NCBI GenBank assembly: GCA_051294905.1
Contig: CM119373.1
Span: forward strand, 33,914,001-33,978,000
Direction: 5' to 3'
DNA: 64,000 bases
From: Botryllus schlosseri
Taxonomy: Eukaryota
The notes under the pieces: generated by a model
The model's database searches: none
The model's input: the letters and a program-made list of their open reading frames with translations, nothing else
What the model was told of the DNA's origin: nothing
Position numbers and translations under genes: made by a program
Part shown: positions 26,432 to 39,643 of the stretch, one piece after another
How the letters are laid out: every line of letters begins with the position of its first letter
Numbering within the stretch: the first letter of the stretch is position 1

Positions 26432-27575
26432 CAGGGGTGGGCAAACTTTTGAGCTCGCGGGCCGCATTCAACATCTGAATCCATTCGCGGATCGCGCTAT
26501 ATAAAATTGATATTATAAACCAAAACGCAATATTGCATGGTGTTTGATTATATAGTGAGGACATGGTGATAATATATATGCCTATTTAAAACAAACCAAA
26601 GATTGCTTTGATGATATCGTACACACATCAAAACAGTGGCGGGATTTTATAGGCTGGTCGACCTCAATAACCAATTTGTCAAAACTATAGAGATGAAAGT
26701 CGGTTATCTCTAATCTGAGAACAAGATTGAAATCTAAATCTGTGAAGAGCGATCCGTTCATAGATTTACTAATTCTTCTTTTGGTTCAGTTCCAGGACAC
26801 ACAATACTGACAGCATCTTAACCATGTTAGCTTCAAACACGCTTCTACTATATGTGTAGATAAAATTTAAATACCCTAATTTCACGCACATAGAAAACGA
26901 ATCTACCTAATTAAGACACACGCGAATTGTGTTTTAAAAGCTCATCACTGAAATAATCAAAACTGGAGTGGCAAATCTGAAATCACACTCGTGTTGTGAT
27001 CCAAATTATGTCTACGTCGTTTAGGGTCTTGTGATATTAAGCAGTTGAAACCCTTCAAACTGCGTGGGCCTTGACATCGGGTTGTCGCGCCAGAAATTAA
27101 ACATAAGAAATAATATAGTAAGTTTTTAATACAGAACAGTGGTCATTTTTAGACACGCCTTCCTTATGATGGTGAAAGATTTCGCGCACCACTTATCGTC
27201 ATATCACAAAACGGTACCAGGATGCTAGCAAACATAGTGGATAGTTTGCTGTCATGGAAGGTTACGACTGGATGAGAGATTTTTAAATATGAAATTCAGA
27301 CTAAATACAGAGCAAAAATTATGAATTGAATGTAAATCGCGTCAAGCGCGAAAAAAATTTCAGTTGAGCTCAGCTTCGCGACCCCCTTCAGAAGGGAGCG
27401 GAGCGCGCATCCTAGTTTGAGAACAACTGTCTTAGAATTATCATTGTGAAATATACTACGAAAAAGTTTCAACAAGTCCCTGCATAATTCGATTTTTAGT
27501 ACGCATTTCATGAAACTTTTTGATAAGTTTTCTTCAGACTCTCGCGGGCCGCGGGCCGTAGTTTGCCCACCCCTG
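26432..27575. mobile_element. Buster/Charlie-type non-autonomous hAT element (1144 bp)
   Basis: Perfect 16-bp TIR CAGGGGTGGGCAAACT; TSD gtctacat/atctacat (nnnTAnnn); empty site at ~9661. Confidence 0.9.
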
Positions 27576-28022
27576 ATCTACATGGAACATAGAGCGAGAA
27601 ATACGAGAATATAGAATGAAAATGCACAAGAAAAAATCAGAAAGATGTTACGAAAATGATCAAGCAATATAAATTGATGAGCACATGAAGCTACAGAGTT
27701 TTTCTGCCTTGATAACAAAACTTGCTTATCGTGAAGATTTGAATGAATACTGTGATCCTACATGCATCTTGTATCAGTATTTCGACAGCTTTGCATACAA
27801 CTTAGTTAAAAGATATCTCTAGCAGTTTTACAGAGCTTACAATTGACTTTAAAGAAAATGGTGGATGAACTTAATTGTAATAACGTTGGAGTTTGCGTTC
27901 ATCGTTTCACTACCGATGTGGTGAAAGTAGAAATGGAATCACCCCAGTATATTTTGCTGAATTACAAATAAAAGTAGCAATATCTAAGACATGTCAAAAC
28001 AAAAAATGACTGATGACAAAAC

Positions 28023-28512
28023 CAGGGTCGTGATGAATCGAGTAGCAAATTTCCATTGACTGGACTCGACTCTGGAGTCATGTTCTGTATAGACTCGACT
28101 TTTAGTACAGTCATTAAGAATGACTCGAACAAGTTATAAGACTAGAGACTTTATATATGGATTGATTCAAATCTCGTGTATCAGGAACGATACCAGAAAA
28201 ATAGGACAAGATCAATTGCTTTGCACGTTTAATTAGACTTGTTAAGACTTGATAAAAATGAGTTTCTTTAGAATTGGGGCCTTCGATATCACCGAGGAGC
28301 TTTTAAAAAGGCGAGTTGAACCAGACATGAACTCTGTAAAAAAAATAGGAACACTATGGCTTGTATTTAAGTCTCAAGACTATGACTCGACTCGACCATT
28401 TTTTCTTTGAGTCGGACTAGGACTTGGCCTGGTGATGAGTTTTAAATGACCCGACTTCACTCGAGTAAAATCTCTAAAAGTAATATTGACTTGTGGCTTG
28501 GCTACAACCCTA
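28023..28512. mobile_element. hAT MITE, ancestral insertion copy 4
   Basis: TSD gacaaaac/gacacaac. Confidence 0.72.
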
Positions 28513-29655
28513 GACACAACACAGAAGATTCTTCAAAAATAGAACACGTTGATAACTCCATGCGGTTATTATGACAATTTCACTCACAAATGTGGTGCAA
28601 CTGTAAAACTACAACAATACAGAACTCACGGTGATCTGGTTGACGACATGAAGACAACGCCTTATCGTCATGTTCGAAAAAGAACTTATTATCTATATTT
28701 GGTGTTAAACTGACCGTATTTTCAGAGTGGCTGAATTTGAGGTGCATATATCAACATTATCATCGTCATAGTTCTGTGATGCAATAATAAGTGTTATTCG
28801 AATGCACACATTCGATTCGTAATCTATTACTCAGGTACTCGATTTTCCGAAGCTCTACTAATAATCATACAACTGACTTCAAATTTTTTAAGCATCAGTA
28901 TGATACATGTAGGCATACATGGAACACAGAGCGAGAAATACAGAAAGATAGTATGAAAATGCAAAAGCAATATAAATTGACAGGCACATGTCGCTACAGA
29001 ATTGACTTGAACAATGACAAAACTGTAAATCCTAAATCAGCTGATAAAGACTAGGGGAAGATTGAGAACTGTGGTATAAACAACAGCCTTGATGAAGGCT
29101 TGTATCGCGAATAAGACGTTGCCAGCATTTATCAATTGACGTCATACTTTGTGAAACGATTGCTGATATACAATGTTATTTTCAATTCTCTACTAGTTAC
29201 TGAAGATTATCCGTGACGAGTGTCAGGCGTAAATATTCGGGTTCATTTCAATATGAATATACCATTTTATTGTATAAATTGACGTTATGTTCCATAAAAA
29301 GATGCTCTTTAACACTGTAAAACTACAAAAATAACGAACCCACGGTGATCTGGTTTATGACATGAAGAAAATGCCCTACCTATAGTACAGACCATAAGAC
29401 AAAGCAATAATGGATCAAAATACAGAAATGACGAGGATGTTAAGAGACATCCACCCTGCAAATTGCATGCAAATTTGCACATTCCAAATGCGAAGTCAAG
29501 TATATGACCCGGAAATATCATCCATCATATTTAGTTTAGAAAAGCATGCAGATTCCCCATGACATGCCAATTCACATGACAATGAACGTCATGTAAGGGT
29601 TAATTCAGGTATATTGAAGTGGTAATAAAATAAAGTAATTTTTCCATACTCAAAG

Positions 29656-30933
29656 TTACTTCGTGTCAAAATGGACCTGCATGTGGTTCCTCAAACAAGA
29701 ACTCCTGACAAATAACCTGCCGCAGATTTCACACCCAAAATCTTTCACGTCCAAATGGCTCTTGATATGTTGCCTCAGAGAATGTTTTTGAACGAACCCT
29801 TGACCACACGTTTCGCACTTGAAATCTTTCATATTCAGATGGATACGCATATGCCTATTCAGAGAACACTTTTGGTTAAATGAAAGGTCGCATCGCTCGC
29901 ATTTAAAAGCTTTCACTCCATAATGGATGAGCATGTGTCGCCATAGGGATTGCTTTTGACTAAAACGTTTGCCACAGATTTCACACTCGAATTTCACATC
30001 AAAATGGATGAGAGTGTGTTTTTCCAGATACAGCAAGGTGGTGAACGATTTTCCACATGTCTCACACTCATGTCTCTCATCTTTAGCATGCGAATGGATG
30101 AGCATGTGGCGTGCTAAATCCGACCCTCGCTTGAAAGATTTGCCGCATATCACACACGAGAAATTATTCACATCCAAATGGATTGCCATATGTCTTTTCA
30201 AATCACCCTCTCTGCGATATAATGAGCCGCATATCTCACACTTGAACTCTATATCATCAGTGTGTGTCATTGAATGATTTCTCAGACAATCTTTCTGCCG
30301 GAAAAGTTTACCGCATACTTGGCACTCAAAGCTTCTGGCAGAGTGGATGAGCATATGTGATTTCAAACCTGTCTTTGAGCAGACTAATTCCGCGCAAATT
30401 TCGCACTCGTATTTTTTGATACTGGTAACGGTATGGATGATCCTATGGTTTCTTAAATCTTTCTTTGTGAAGAAAGATCTTTCACAAACTTCACATTTGA
30501 AACCTTTCATGTCAAAATGGCGCAGCACGTGATTCTTCAAACCTCTCATTTCTTTTAGAATTTTGCCGCAAATTTCGCACGTGAAATTTTTAGTGCTGGA
30601 ATGGAACTGCATGTGCTTTTTCAGATCATCTCTTTGTCCGAAGGGCAGAGCACAAGTTCGACAGGTCACAGTTTCTGCACCAGAATGGAGCAGTAGGTGA
30701 TGACTCAAACTCCATTTAGAGGACAATGATTTGAAACAAAGTCCACATTGCAAAGGCTTCACGCCAGCGTGTATCAGAGAGTGCTGACTCAAACGGTATT
30801 TACTGGCCAAGGATTTAAAACAAAGTTTGCATTTGAAAAGTCTCACCGTACGAGTGTGAATCAGCAAGTGCTTTTCCAAATCAATTTTTGTGCTGTAGAA
30901 TTGACCGCAAACGTCACATTCGTGGTACGGCAT
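29656..30933 (-). CDS. Poly-C2H2 zinc-finger protein Z4 (15 fingers)
   Basis: Intact ORF 29656..30984; first ATG (MPYHEC) at 30933. Confidence 0.9.
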   Translation of the reverse strand: MPYHECDVCGQFYSTKIDLEKHLLIHTRTVRLFKCKLCFKSLASKYRLSQHSLIHAGVKPLQCGLCFKSLSSKWSLSHHLLLHSGAETVTCRTCALPFGQRDDLKKHMQFHSSTKNFTCEICGKILKEMRGLKNHVLRHFDMKGFKCEVCERSFFTKKDLRNHRIIHTVTSIKKYECEICAELVCSKTGLKSHMLIHSARSFECQVCGKLFRQKDCLRNHSMTHTDDIEFKCEICGSLYRREGDLKRHMAIHLDVNNFSCVICGKSFKRGSDLARHMLIHSHAKDERHECETCGKSFTTLLYLEKHTLIHFDVKFECEICGKRFSQKQSLWRHMLIHYGVKAFKCERCDLSFNQKCSLNRHMRIHLNMKDFKCETCGQGFVQKHSLRQHIKSHLDVKDFGCEICGRLFVRSSCLRNHMQVHFDTK

Positions 30934-31170
30934 TGAGGAATGAATATACAGTGTTCCTTGTGACTTGCTTTCCAGACTTGCCACAAATTTGACAAAGCGT
31001 CTCTAACTGTGCTCCTCTATGGACTTGCTGCGTGTCTTGTATTTACAGCTACCGCCAATCGTTCAAATTCTCAAGTCAGTCAAGGATTGAAAATTCGAGG
31101 TATTGACAAACGACTATGGACGCAGAGCTGCAGCAGAGATATGCCAACTCATTTAATTATATTCAGCAAT

Positions 31171-32158
31171 CTAAAAATAGTAAGCAGATCCATTAATAAA
31201 ATTGTGTATATTTTGCAATGTTGGGATCAAGTCACTACCTTCGAGTCACGAGTCATTTCGATTCATTGCACATTTCGATTCAAGTCAAGTCAATCGAATT
31301 TCGAAGGTGACTCGAGTCGAGTCAAGTCACTCGATTTTTGGTGAGTCAAGTCGAGTCAAGTCAAGTCAAGTCACGAGTCAAGTCATCATTCAAGTTTCAT
31401 ATTGCCTTTTCTAAGTATGAGGAATGATTACGTCATTGCATTTCACTAGATGTCTGATAGACAGGTTGAGTGGTCATCAATTCTGAATCAATGAACGAAT
31501 ATAGTGTTAAATCTAAGGCAAAAAAGCGCTGTATCGCTCACATATACGTCCAGCGCAGCCTCAGTTTATAGTTATTAGTCACCAGCAAAAATAGAGAAAA
31601 GAATTGATAACATGCAATGCACATTGCCGATTTACAAATTGATATAATACAATTCGAGTCTGCGCCAGTGGTTGAGGACTATATAAACTATATTCGAATT
31701 CAATTTCAACCAAACAATAGGTTTGGTTAGGGTAGGAACAGAAAACAGAAATAGACATTTTGCTATTAAATTACTTTAATATGCTAGCAATTTATTTGTG
31801 ACAGAATAATGGAGAATCAGTGCAACACACGATCATTGAATGATTGATTGCTCTCATGGGTTACACCAGCATTTTGCGAACGATCCGATCATATGCAAGA
31901 TACAGTGATTTTTATCGACACCGATTACCTGATGACTTGAAATTGACTCATGAATTTTGCTTCGAGTCACAAGTCAATCCACATTTCTGATGTGCCGAGT
32001 AGAGTAAAGTCATTTCAGCAAAGTGACTCGAGTCAAGTCAAGTCATTCGAAAAAGGTGACTCGAGTCAAGTCATAACTCGAGTCATCACAACACTGATAC
32101 TTTGTTTGTGGAAACCGACTGCAGCAGTGATAAAATGATATTTATAGTTAAGGCTGAC
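31171..32158 (-). other. Putative 5'UTR intron of Z4, enlarged by a MITE
   Basis: GTCAGC...TTTTTAG; 988 bp = 99 bp + 881-bp MITE + 8-bp TSD. Confidence 0.6.
31216..32096. mobile_element. hAT MITE (CAGTGTTGG family with GAGTCAAGTC repeats)
   Basis: Ends CAATGTTGG / CAACACTG; TSD atattttg/atactttg; empty site at ~13295. Confidence 0.85.
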
Positions 32159-33086
32159 ATTACAAAATGATATTTCAATTAGAATTGACTGTAAAAGTGC
32201 AGTGTGACTTTTTCTATCTCGTCAAATAATGGTCAAAACACATCGTGGGGTGCCAAGAAGTTGACAAATCTCAAAGTTTTCTCTGTGACGTCTTTAGTTT
32301 TAAAGACCCTTATTCTGAATAAATAAAAATGCTTGTGGCGTAAAATGAGTGCATTGAAAACAAGGACTATCGTCACATTTATCATTTATGTTGTGAAGCG
32401 GTGTTCAATACGTGCAAGATAAATGTAGTCACTATATGGAGCAACATATCACAAAACAAGCATGCACATGAACATTTGGAGTTTTGACGAAGTCTAAGTA
32501 AAAGTCCATAATTTGTTCTACAGTGTAATAAATTACAGGAATACACAGTTGATCATAAATACATAAAATTTGCTTAAAATTGAGCTAACACTGACAATAA
32601 GGGCTGGACACAATGATTCGAGTATTCAAAATCTTAATCGGGTAATAATTATAACGAATAAAGACGAGTAGTGAGATTAAGTTGTTTCCAGGTACTGAAG
32701 TTACGAGTTCCTGGCTACTATGAGTAATTTATCAACGGGAATTATAGTGTTAATAATGGATATGAGATATCCGTGAAGTGATGATCAATCCACACCATTG
32801 TTAAAATGTGCAATGAAAAAGGCATGCTAGAAAAAATACCACATAATCTTTATTGTGATGTAGAACTGGCATTGTATTATTGCGGTCGCAAGAAGCGTGA
32901 ATATTATAACTTTTCACACCATTCATACTGCTGTGACATCATTATCGATGATACTGGAATACTCGACTTGACGTCTAATACTCGATTTAGGATCTTATCA
33001 TTCAGGTATCGAAATTTGCCAAGCCCTACTGACAAGGCATGTGACATGAGGAATGCAAAAACACTACATCGAAATAAACCCTAAAC

Positions 33087-33649
33087 CACTGTTGTAATGA
33101 CTTGAGTCATGATTTGAGTCAAGACCGACCCAAGTCGCGATTTTTGGTGACTTGACTGTACTCGAATCATTTTTTCAAATGGGTAAAATCACTCGACTCA
33201 ATTTTTTTTGTAGCCTCGACTTGTATGTGCATGACTCGAACCAAGTCATATGGCTTGCGACTAGGACTGACAAGACAGACATATCATTGCAACAAAGAAG
33301 AAGAAGAAAGTTACCACATTATTGGTATTTCGTCTATCAGTCCCGATACTCGAGAAATAGGGTCACAAACTGTTAAAACTGAAGAAAATTACTATGTTAT
33401 GAATGTAAGCCATTCTATATCACACCAGCAGAGTTGCAAAAGTAGGTTGAAGCAGACATACTGAAAACTGAACATAATGGCTTGGACTCAAGTCACAACA
33501 CTATAACTCTGACTTGACCCTTTACCAGCTGTATTGGCCTCGGACTTGACTCGATCGTGAATTGGAAACGACTCGACTTGACTCGAGTCAAAACTATAAG
33601 AGTGAGATTGACTTGTGACTCGGAACCTTGTGATTTGGTTGAAACCCTA
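33087..33649. mobile_element. hAT MITE, same family as 16406..16936
   Basis: CACTGTTGTAATGAC...GTTGAAACCCTA; degenerate TSD ccctaaac/cctcaaac; internal homology to 16406..16936. Confidence 0.7.
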
Positions 33650-34120
33650 CCTCAAACCTCAAATGCAGTGCTTCGGACAATCATTGGTTTTGTTGCCAGC
33701 GGCTGGATTTTGGAGAAAGCCAGCAGAAGAGTAATCCAGATCCACATTCTGTAAGATCAGCCGTGTAACCAATGACTTGCTGTAGAGACCGTAAAAAATA
33801 TTGAAAACCTACCAGGCATTTAAATTATGCTTTTTGTCTATTTTTATCCCACTCAGTACCAATTTGTTTGGCTCAAAGTAACACGAGGGCGCAACACTAT
33901 AAAATCGAGGGAAATTGGAGAGGAAGGAACACGAAGTCTGAATCAGCTGGGCTTACAGATAGTGAGAATGCGTCAATAACACAGTTTTATAACACAACGG
34001 GTAACGGACAAAAAACTAAAGAAAAGAGCCATGCTTTCTCGCAAGATGTATACAAAAGCAAACGCAAGATGTGTGCAAAATCACTAATTTTCATATTTGA
34101 TCCGTTAGCGTTTTGTGGCA

Positions 34121-35774
34121 TCACAAGATGATTGCTGATGCATGGATTCTATTGTTCAGATATTCCGGGTCATGACTATGGAAGTCTATCAACGTACTCA
34201 ACAAATTAGTTTTTGGATTGAACTCGAGGATATCATCGCAGAGCATTTCATCATTGTATCCACCACATATGTACATCTTTCCGAGAATACAATGAGTTTT
34301 GAAATCCATTCGCTTCCATCAAGGCTTTTGAACTGGAATTATCGTCCACATACATTCATCACTGGGTAGCAAAAGAATGTCGGTTGCATACATACAGTTC
34401 ACAGTTTTTCCGCCAAGAAGGTAGATGTCCTTATTGAATGTACATGCACTTGCATGATTTCTCTGAACTGGCAATGATGGTCCATGTGACCAAGTAGATG
34501 CTGAGAAGTTAAAACACTCCACATCCAGCACAAATTTTGATGAGAATATATCAAAACCACCAATTGCGTAAAGCTTAACCATAGATATAGTGAAGGCAGA
34601 CGAATCCACAATGGATTGCTTGTTAGGAAGCTTCGACCACTTGTTATTGATTGTGTCATATTGGGACAAAGACTCGATCCCATTATCACTTGCTAAATAA
34701 AATTTCCCTGATTTACGTGCAACTACTTCACCGTATCGAAATTCTGGTAATGGACGTTCAAGTTTTATCCAGGGTGAATCATATTCAAGAAGATTACGAC
34801 GGTACAAATCAGAATTATTATCAATGACATATATGTAGCAGTCCATCACAACTATTGCGTTAAATCGTGTCATACTATCTTTATAATTGAAATGCCGCTG
34901 CTCGGTCAAAGACTTTCTGTCCATGTCAAACCACATAAAACGTTTAACTTTTCCATTCGTCATTATAATGGCAGGAGTGCAGTCACCTTTGTAATCACTG
35001 GCTTCTACATCTGATCTCGCAGGTAGTGACTTCATGATGTGCATCATGCATTCGGTGGATTTGGCAACAGTTGGTTGCTGAGAAAAAAAATTTACGATAG
35101 GAGACGGGGATTTTTTCCAGGTCGATGTGCTTCAGTAAATCAAAAAGTTGATCGGCACGATCTAAGTCGTCATTGACCCAAATCATTGACGCTTTGCATT
35201 TAATAATATCCAACACATGCAAATCTTCTAAGGAAATTAAATCCTCCAGGAAATCAAACTCAAGTTCCTTGAAATAGGATGTTTTCATGATCGAATGAAA
35301 GTGATCGCAAGCAAAACTCCTGGATGCTTGCTGTAATTGCTGACAGAAATACTTCTCAGCAATATACCTCGTATCGAAAAACGAGACTATGTCCAGATTT
35401 TCCACCAGAAAAAGTGACATTGCATCGCATACTTTATCAAGTCCAAATAATTGCGCCACATACATTAGTTTTTCCGTATTTCGAATCAGAAACGAGGCTT
35501 GTCCAGTGTACATGATTTCAATACAGGTCATCACACATTCAGGATCTACATGCTTCAAATCAACCATTCCCAACATGTTCTCTTTTGTGTCGTGATTGAG
35601 CATCTTAGCAAAATACTCAGAACTTGCGGCAATGACGCACTTGTGAACGGAGGTCTTTTTTTCTCCCGCTTTGATAACGAAGTCACAATACTGATGATTG
35701 ATTCTGAACTCGTCAAATTTCGATAGAATGTCGAGGGCATGACCCGACTTGCCAATACTCAGAAGATGTTTCAT
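34121..35774 (-). pseudogene. BTB-BACK-Kelch K6, frameshift plus nonsense codon
   Basis: +1 in A-run at 35083-35090; in-frame TGA at 34319-34321 (GGA in K3/K11). Confidence 0.85.
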
Positions 35775-36627
35775 TACAGTTGACCAGTTTATAGCCAAAA
35801 TATATAGTTCACTAAAAAACTTGAGAATAATATCTGAAACTGTAACATCATACACATGGTGACTAGATCATTTTAGGACATTTATGCAACGATATCATTA
35901 TATTCATAACATAAGGATAGTAAAGAAAATGTAATCCCTAATGTCAGCGAGAAGCGATATGCTTGGGCTTAGGTGACAGAAGTTGGAATAAGATGCACAA
36001 ATTGAATGTTAAAGATATAAGCACAATTTGGATGTCAGCAAAGGGCAAGAAAATATCCCTTCTTGGATTTACGAAAGCAATAAAACACTGACCAGTACAA
36101 TGATACAGAAAGATGGCATAAAAGTGGGCTAGCTCTTAAAAGGCATGTGACGTTACAGAAAAATTATAAATATTACATAAAAATCACCATTTTCAACCTC
36201 AAATGGCGACTAAAAATTATTCAGACTTCAAGGTGGTGCTAATAAATTGTCAGTTGTGGGATTTATGAGGGAAGCCATTGTAACCACTTAACCTCTCTGG
36301 CTAAAGAAGCAAATATTGATAACCGGTCAGATATTTACTTTGAGTTGCTGTCTCTGTTACAACTGTAGCATGTTGACTTGAAACATCACACAAGCTAGGC
36401 TTACAAACAGGTGATATAACGCATGGATATTAGGCAGTCATGTAATCATACATATAGTTCATCTAAACCACAGATAATGGGCAGAGAACTGAAGGCCATG
36501 CTTTCTTGCAAGATGTAGCTTATGCGAAATCAGAGTGAAGCAATATACAATATCACTCATTTTAAAAGGGTGATATGTTAACAATATTCAGATAGCCTAC
36601 TCGAGCATTGCATTCAATTTGAACTTT

Positions 36628-37630
36628 TGAGGTGTTCATAAATGACTTTTCTTTCTGAAATTGTACTGGCTACTTGATACAATTGTTGGGTTAGATTATT
36701 CAAGCATACACATAAAATTTTGGTTCAATTCCAGTCAGTAGCCGCTTTGCTACAGGAGAAGAAAGTTTCTAGTCATATAAAAATAAATCAAAAGAAAATT
36801 GAATTTTTTTTATTTCCTCCACGAAGGTGTTAGGTTGTCTATAGATACAATGTTAACCAGATTTAGTTCAATTCCAACCAGTGGACGCGGAGTTATTTCC
36901 GTCGAAAAATTTGGATTTGAATAAAATAGTATTTACAGTGGGCACTTTCATAATAAATAATTGAAGAATTGGCCACCGTAAATACTGCTTTATTGGTAAT
37001 CCAAATTTATCGACGGCAATAACTCCGCTTCAACTGGTTTGAATTGAATAAAATTTGGTGAACATGGTTTCTATGGAAAACCGAACAATGTTATGGGTGA
37101 AGAGAAAATTCCAATTAATAAATAATTTATTTTTATATAATAACTCAGGAAAGTCTTTGCAACTTTTTCACAGCTTCCGGCAGGTTCCTAAATACTCGTA
37201 AGGCATGTAGCTGTTTGAAAGAATCCTATAGTGCAACTTTTGTCCATTTTTTAATGCAACTTTATAAAACTATTTCAATTGTTCACGAAAGTATTTTTGA
37301 TTTTGGTGAAATACACGGCCAAATCCGACTGAAATACCGTAAATCAGCACTGAAGCAACGCTCTTACGGGTATTTTTTTCAATTCAACCGAGCAAAATGT
37401 GGTCTTTTAGTGCAGCTTTTGTGGAAAAATAAATGCAACTTTCCACGGATTTACCTGCAACAAAAACTTGCCCTAATAATAACTCTAAACTTTCCCCTCC
37501 CATACCGGTGTGGCTACTGGCTGGAATTGAACGAAATTTGGCGTGTAGGCTTAAATTAGGTTAAGTAACCTAACTATTTTATTAAGTAGCCAGTACAATT
37601 TGAGAAAAAAGTTATATTTGAACAACCCTA
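36628..37630. mobile_element. Foldback / long-TIR non-autonomous element, older copy
   Basis: Long imperfect terminal inverted repeats (GGTGTTCATAAATGAC...GTACTGGCTAC vs GTAGCCAGTAC...TTGAACAACCCTA); internal palindrome ~36850-37140; related to 59898..60392; no TSD found. Confidence 0.6.
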
Positions 37631-37790
37631 GTGCACATGCTTAAAAGAAGGCATTAGAGTCATCGATTCCCAGACCATAAATCTTAATCTGAAAGCCCTA
37701 ATAGCAGTACATGCCAGTGAAGGAATGACAATTCAGATTCATGTTTGGCGGAGTAAACCATCATTTCAAACTTCATATTTTCAATTTCAA

Positions 37791-39005
37791 TTATTTTGTA
37801 TGAAAATGGATGTGCATGTGGTTTTTCAAAGAAGTTCTACGGTTGAACGACTTCCCGCATATTTCACACTCAAAATCTTTCACACCAAGATGGATTTTCA
37901 TGTGTTGCTTCAGAGAATTCTTCTGGACGAAAGCATAACCACATGTTTTGCACTTGAAATTTTTAATATTCAAATGGATCAGCATATGTCGATTCAACGA
38001 ACACTTTTGGTTGAACGATTTGCCACATCCTTCACACTTGAAATCTTTTACACCGGAATGGATGATCGAGTGGCGTTCCAAGGGCGCATTGTGAGAGAAT
38101 GATTTCCCGCATATTGTACACGGAAAATTTTTCGCACATACATGGACAGTACGAGTGTGTAGTTCCAAAGATTCCATTGTGCTGTACAATTTGCCGCATA
38201 TCATGCACTCGTAATCACAGAAATGAATGAGCATGTGTTTTTTTAAAATCTCGTCTCGTTTGAATGATTTTCCACATACTTCACAAGTGACTTTTTTGAC
38301 TTTTTTAACATTGAGATGGAGTAGTATATGATGGTTTCGGGCATCAAGTCGGTGAAATGATAAGTTGCATATCTTGCAGTGGAATTTTTTCACATCGGTG
38401 TGTGTCAGCCTATGCAGTCTTAAATTGCGTGGATTGCAGAAAGTCTTGCCACAAACATCACACTCGAATCGTTTTATGGCCAAGTGGATTCGCATATGTG
38501 CCCTCAATGTTGCTTTCGTGCAGAAGGATTTTGCACAAATTTCACACTCACGATTTCTCCCGCAAATATGGCTGGTCATATGTACTTTTAGTACTTTCTT
38601 CGTCTGGAATGATTTTCCACAAATTTCACATTTTATATTTTTCACGCTAAAATGGCTCATAATGTGGCATCTCAGGCTTCTCTTTGTCATCAATACTTTG
38701 CCGCAAAGTTCACACGTAAACTTTTTCGTACCGTAATGGAACAGCATATGTTTTCCGAAATCAACACTTTGCCTGAAGGACAATCCGCAAGTTTCACAGA
38801 TGTAAGCGTCTACGCCGGAATGAATTAGCAGATGTTCTGTCAAATCACTGTTTTCGGTAAAGGATTCACCACAAACTTCACACTTGTGGCATCTCACAGT
38901 TGAATGAATCAGTAGATGTTCTTCGAAAGCAAACTTTCCGTGGAACAATTCACCACAAACTTGACAAGGCATCTCTAAGCGCTCTGCGTCTTCAGCTTGT
39001 TGCAT
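37791..39005 (-). CDS. Poly-C2H2 zinc-finger protein Z5 (14 fingers, most divergent)
   Basis: Intact 404-aa ORF from ATG; shares QKCSLNRH finger and HFxTK end with the other copies. Confidence 0.9.
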   Translation of the reverse strand: MQQAEDAERLEMPCQVCGELFHGKFAFEEHLLIHSTVRCHKCEVCGESFTENSDLTEHLLIHSGVDAYICETCGLSFRQSVDFGKHMLFHYGTKKFTCELCGKVLMTKRSLRCHIMSHFSVKNIKCEICGKSFQTKKVLKVHMTSHICGRNRECEICAKSFCTKATLRAHMRIHLAIKRFECDVCGKTFCNPRNLRLHRLTHTDVKKFHCKICNLSFHRLDARNHHILLHLNVKKVKKVTCEVCGKSFKRDEILKKHMLIHFCDYECMICGKLYSTMESLELHTRTVHVCAKNFPCTICGKSFSHNAPLERHSIIHSGVKDFKCEGCGKSFNQKCSLNRHMLIHLNIKNFKCKTCGYAFVQKNSLKQHMKIHLGVKDFECEICGKSFNRRTSLKNHMHIHFHTK

Positions 39006-39042
39006 TTTTGCGTATCAAGTTGCTTGCGCCCGCACGTAGGAG

Positions 39043-39643
39043 CCGGAGTATCAAACTCAAATTGGTCTAGGGCCACTTTTCCAATTCTGCAGCGGTCGCG
39101 GTCCGTGACAATTCAATTACAAGAAAAATTGGGCTTTACGTTAGTACACCTCTGTTAACAAAATGATATCATGATCATCACTTTCAGTCTATTTTAAACT
39201 ACGAGCTGAAAATGATACCTGGTATCACTTTTCACCGACTAAAAATCAGCGTTGGGGCTAGATAAATCTGACACCATAGCTGGAACACTGTTAGACTATC
39301 TCCACGTAAAGGTGGAGATTGATGTTCTAAGCATCTCAGTCTTGGCAGTATCTGGGCCATTGCATGTCAAAGGAGGCTGTTGCCATCGCTGAAGCCGTTT
39401 CAGGTGAGGAAGAGTGATGTTGGGAACAATAGATTACCTTATTTTGAACAACAACAATATTTTGTGACTGATATTAATTTCATCAATTAAAAATGCGTTC
39501 TTAAGCCTTCTTCCGGAATGTCTAATCGTGCCGCAGGCTGCAAAGTATCACCAATCGGTCCGGGTGTTGGTTACCCCTGATTTAAAGGGATATCGTGAAT
39601 AAAGATAATGTCAAAAATAGACTTACAGTGCGAGAAATCAAAA
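39043..39643. mobile_element. One-ended hAT-like element fragment between Z5 and K7
   Basis: CCGGAGTATCAAACTCA...GGGCC terminus-like sequence; no second end seen; abuts truncated K7. Confidence 0.4.

Noticed and set aside
28791-29054. 87-aa plus-strand ORF repeated at 54680..54943
   Set aside because: Non-ATG start; the homologous spacer at ~10850-11140 has in-frame stops; explained by recent duplication.
31216-31400. GAGTCAAGTC short repeats resembling a CRISPR or satellite array
   Set aside because: Irregular spacing, no unique spacers, confined within TIR/TSD-bounded MITEs as subterminal repeats.
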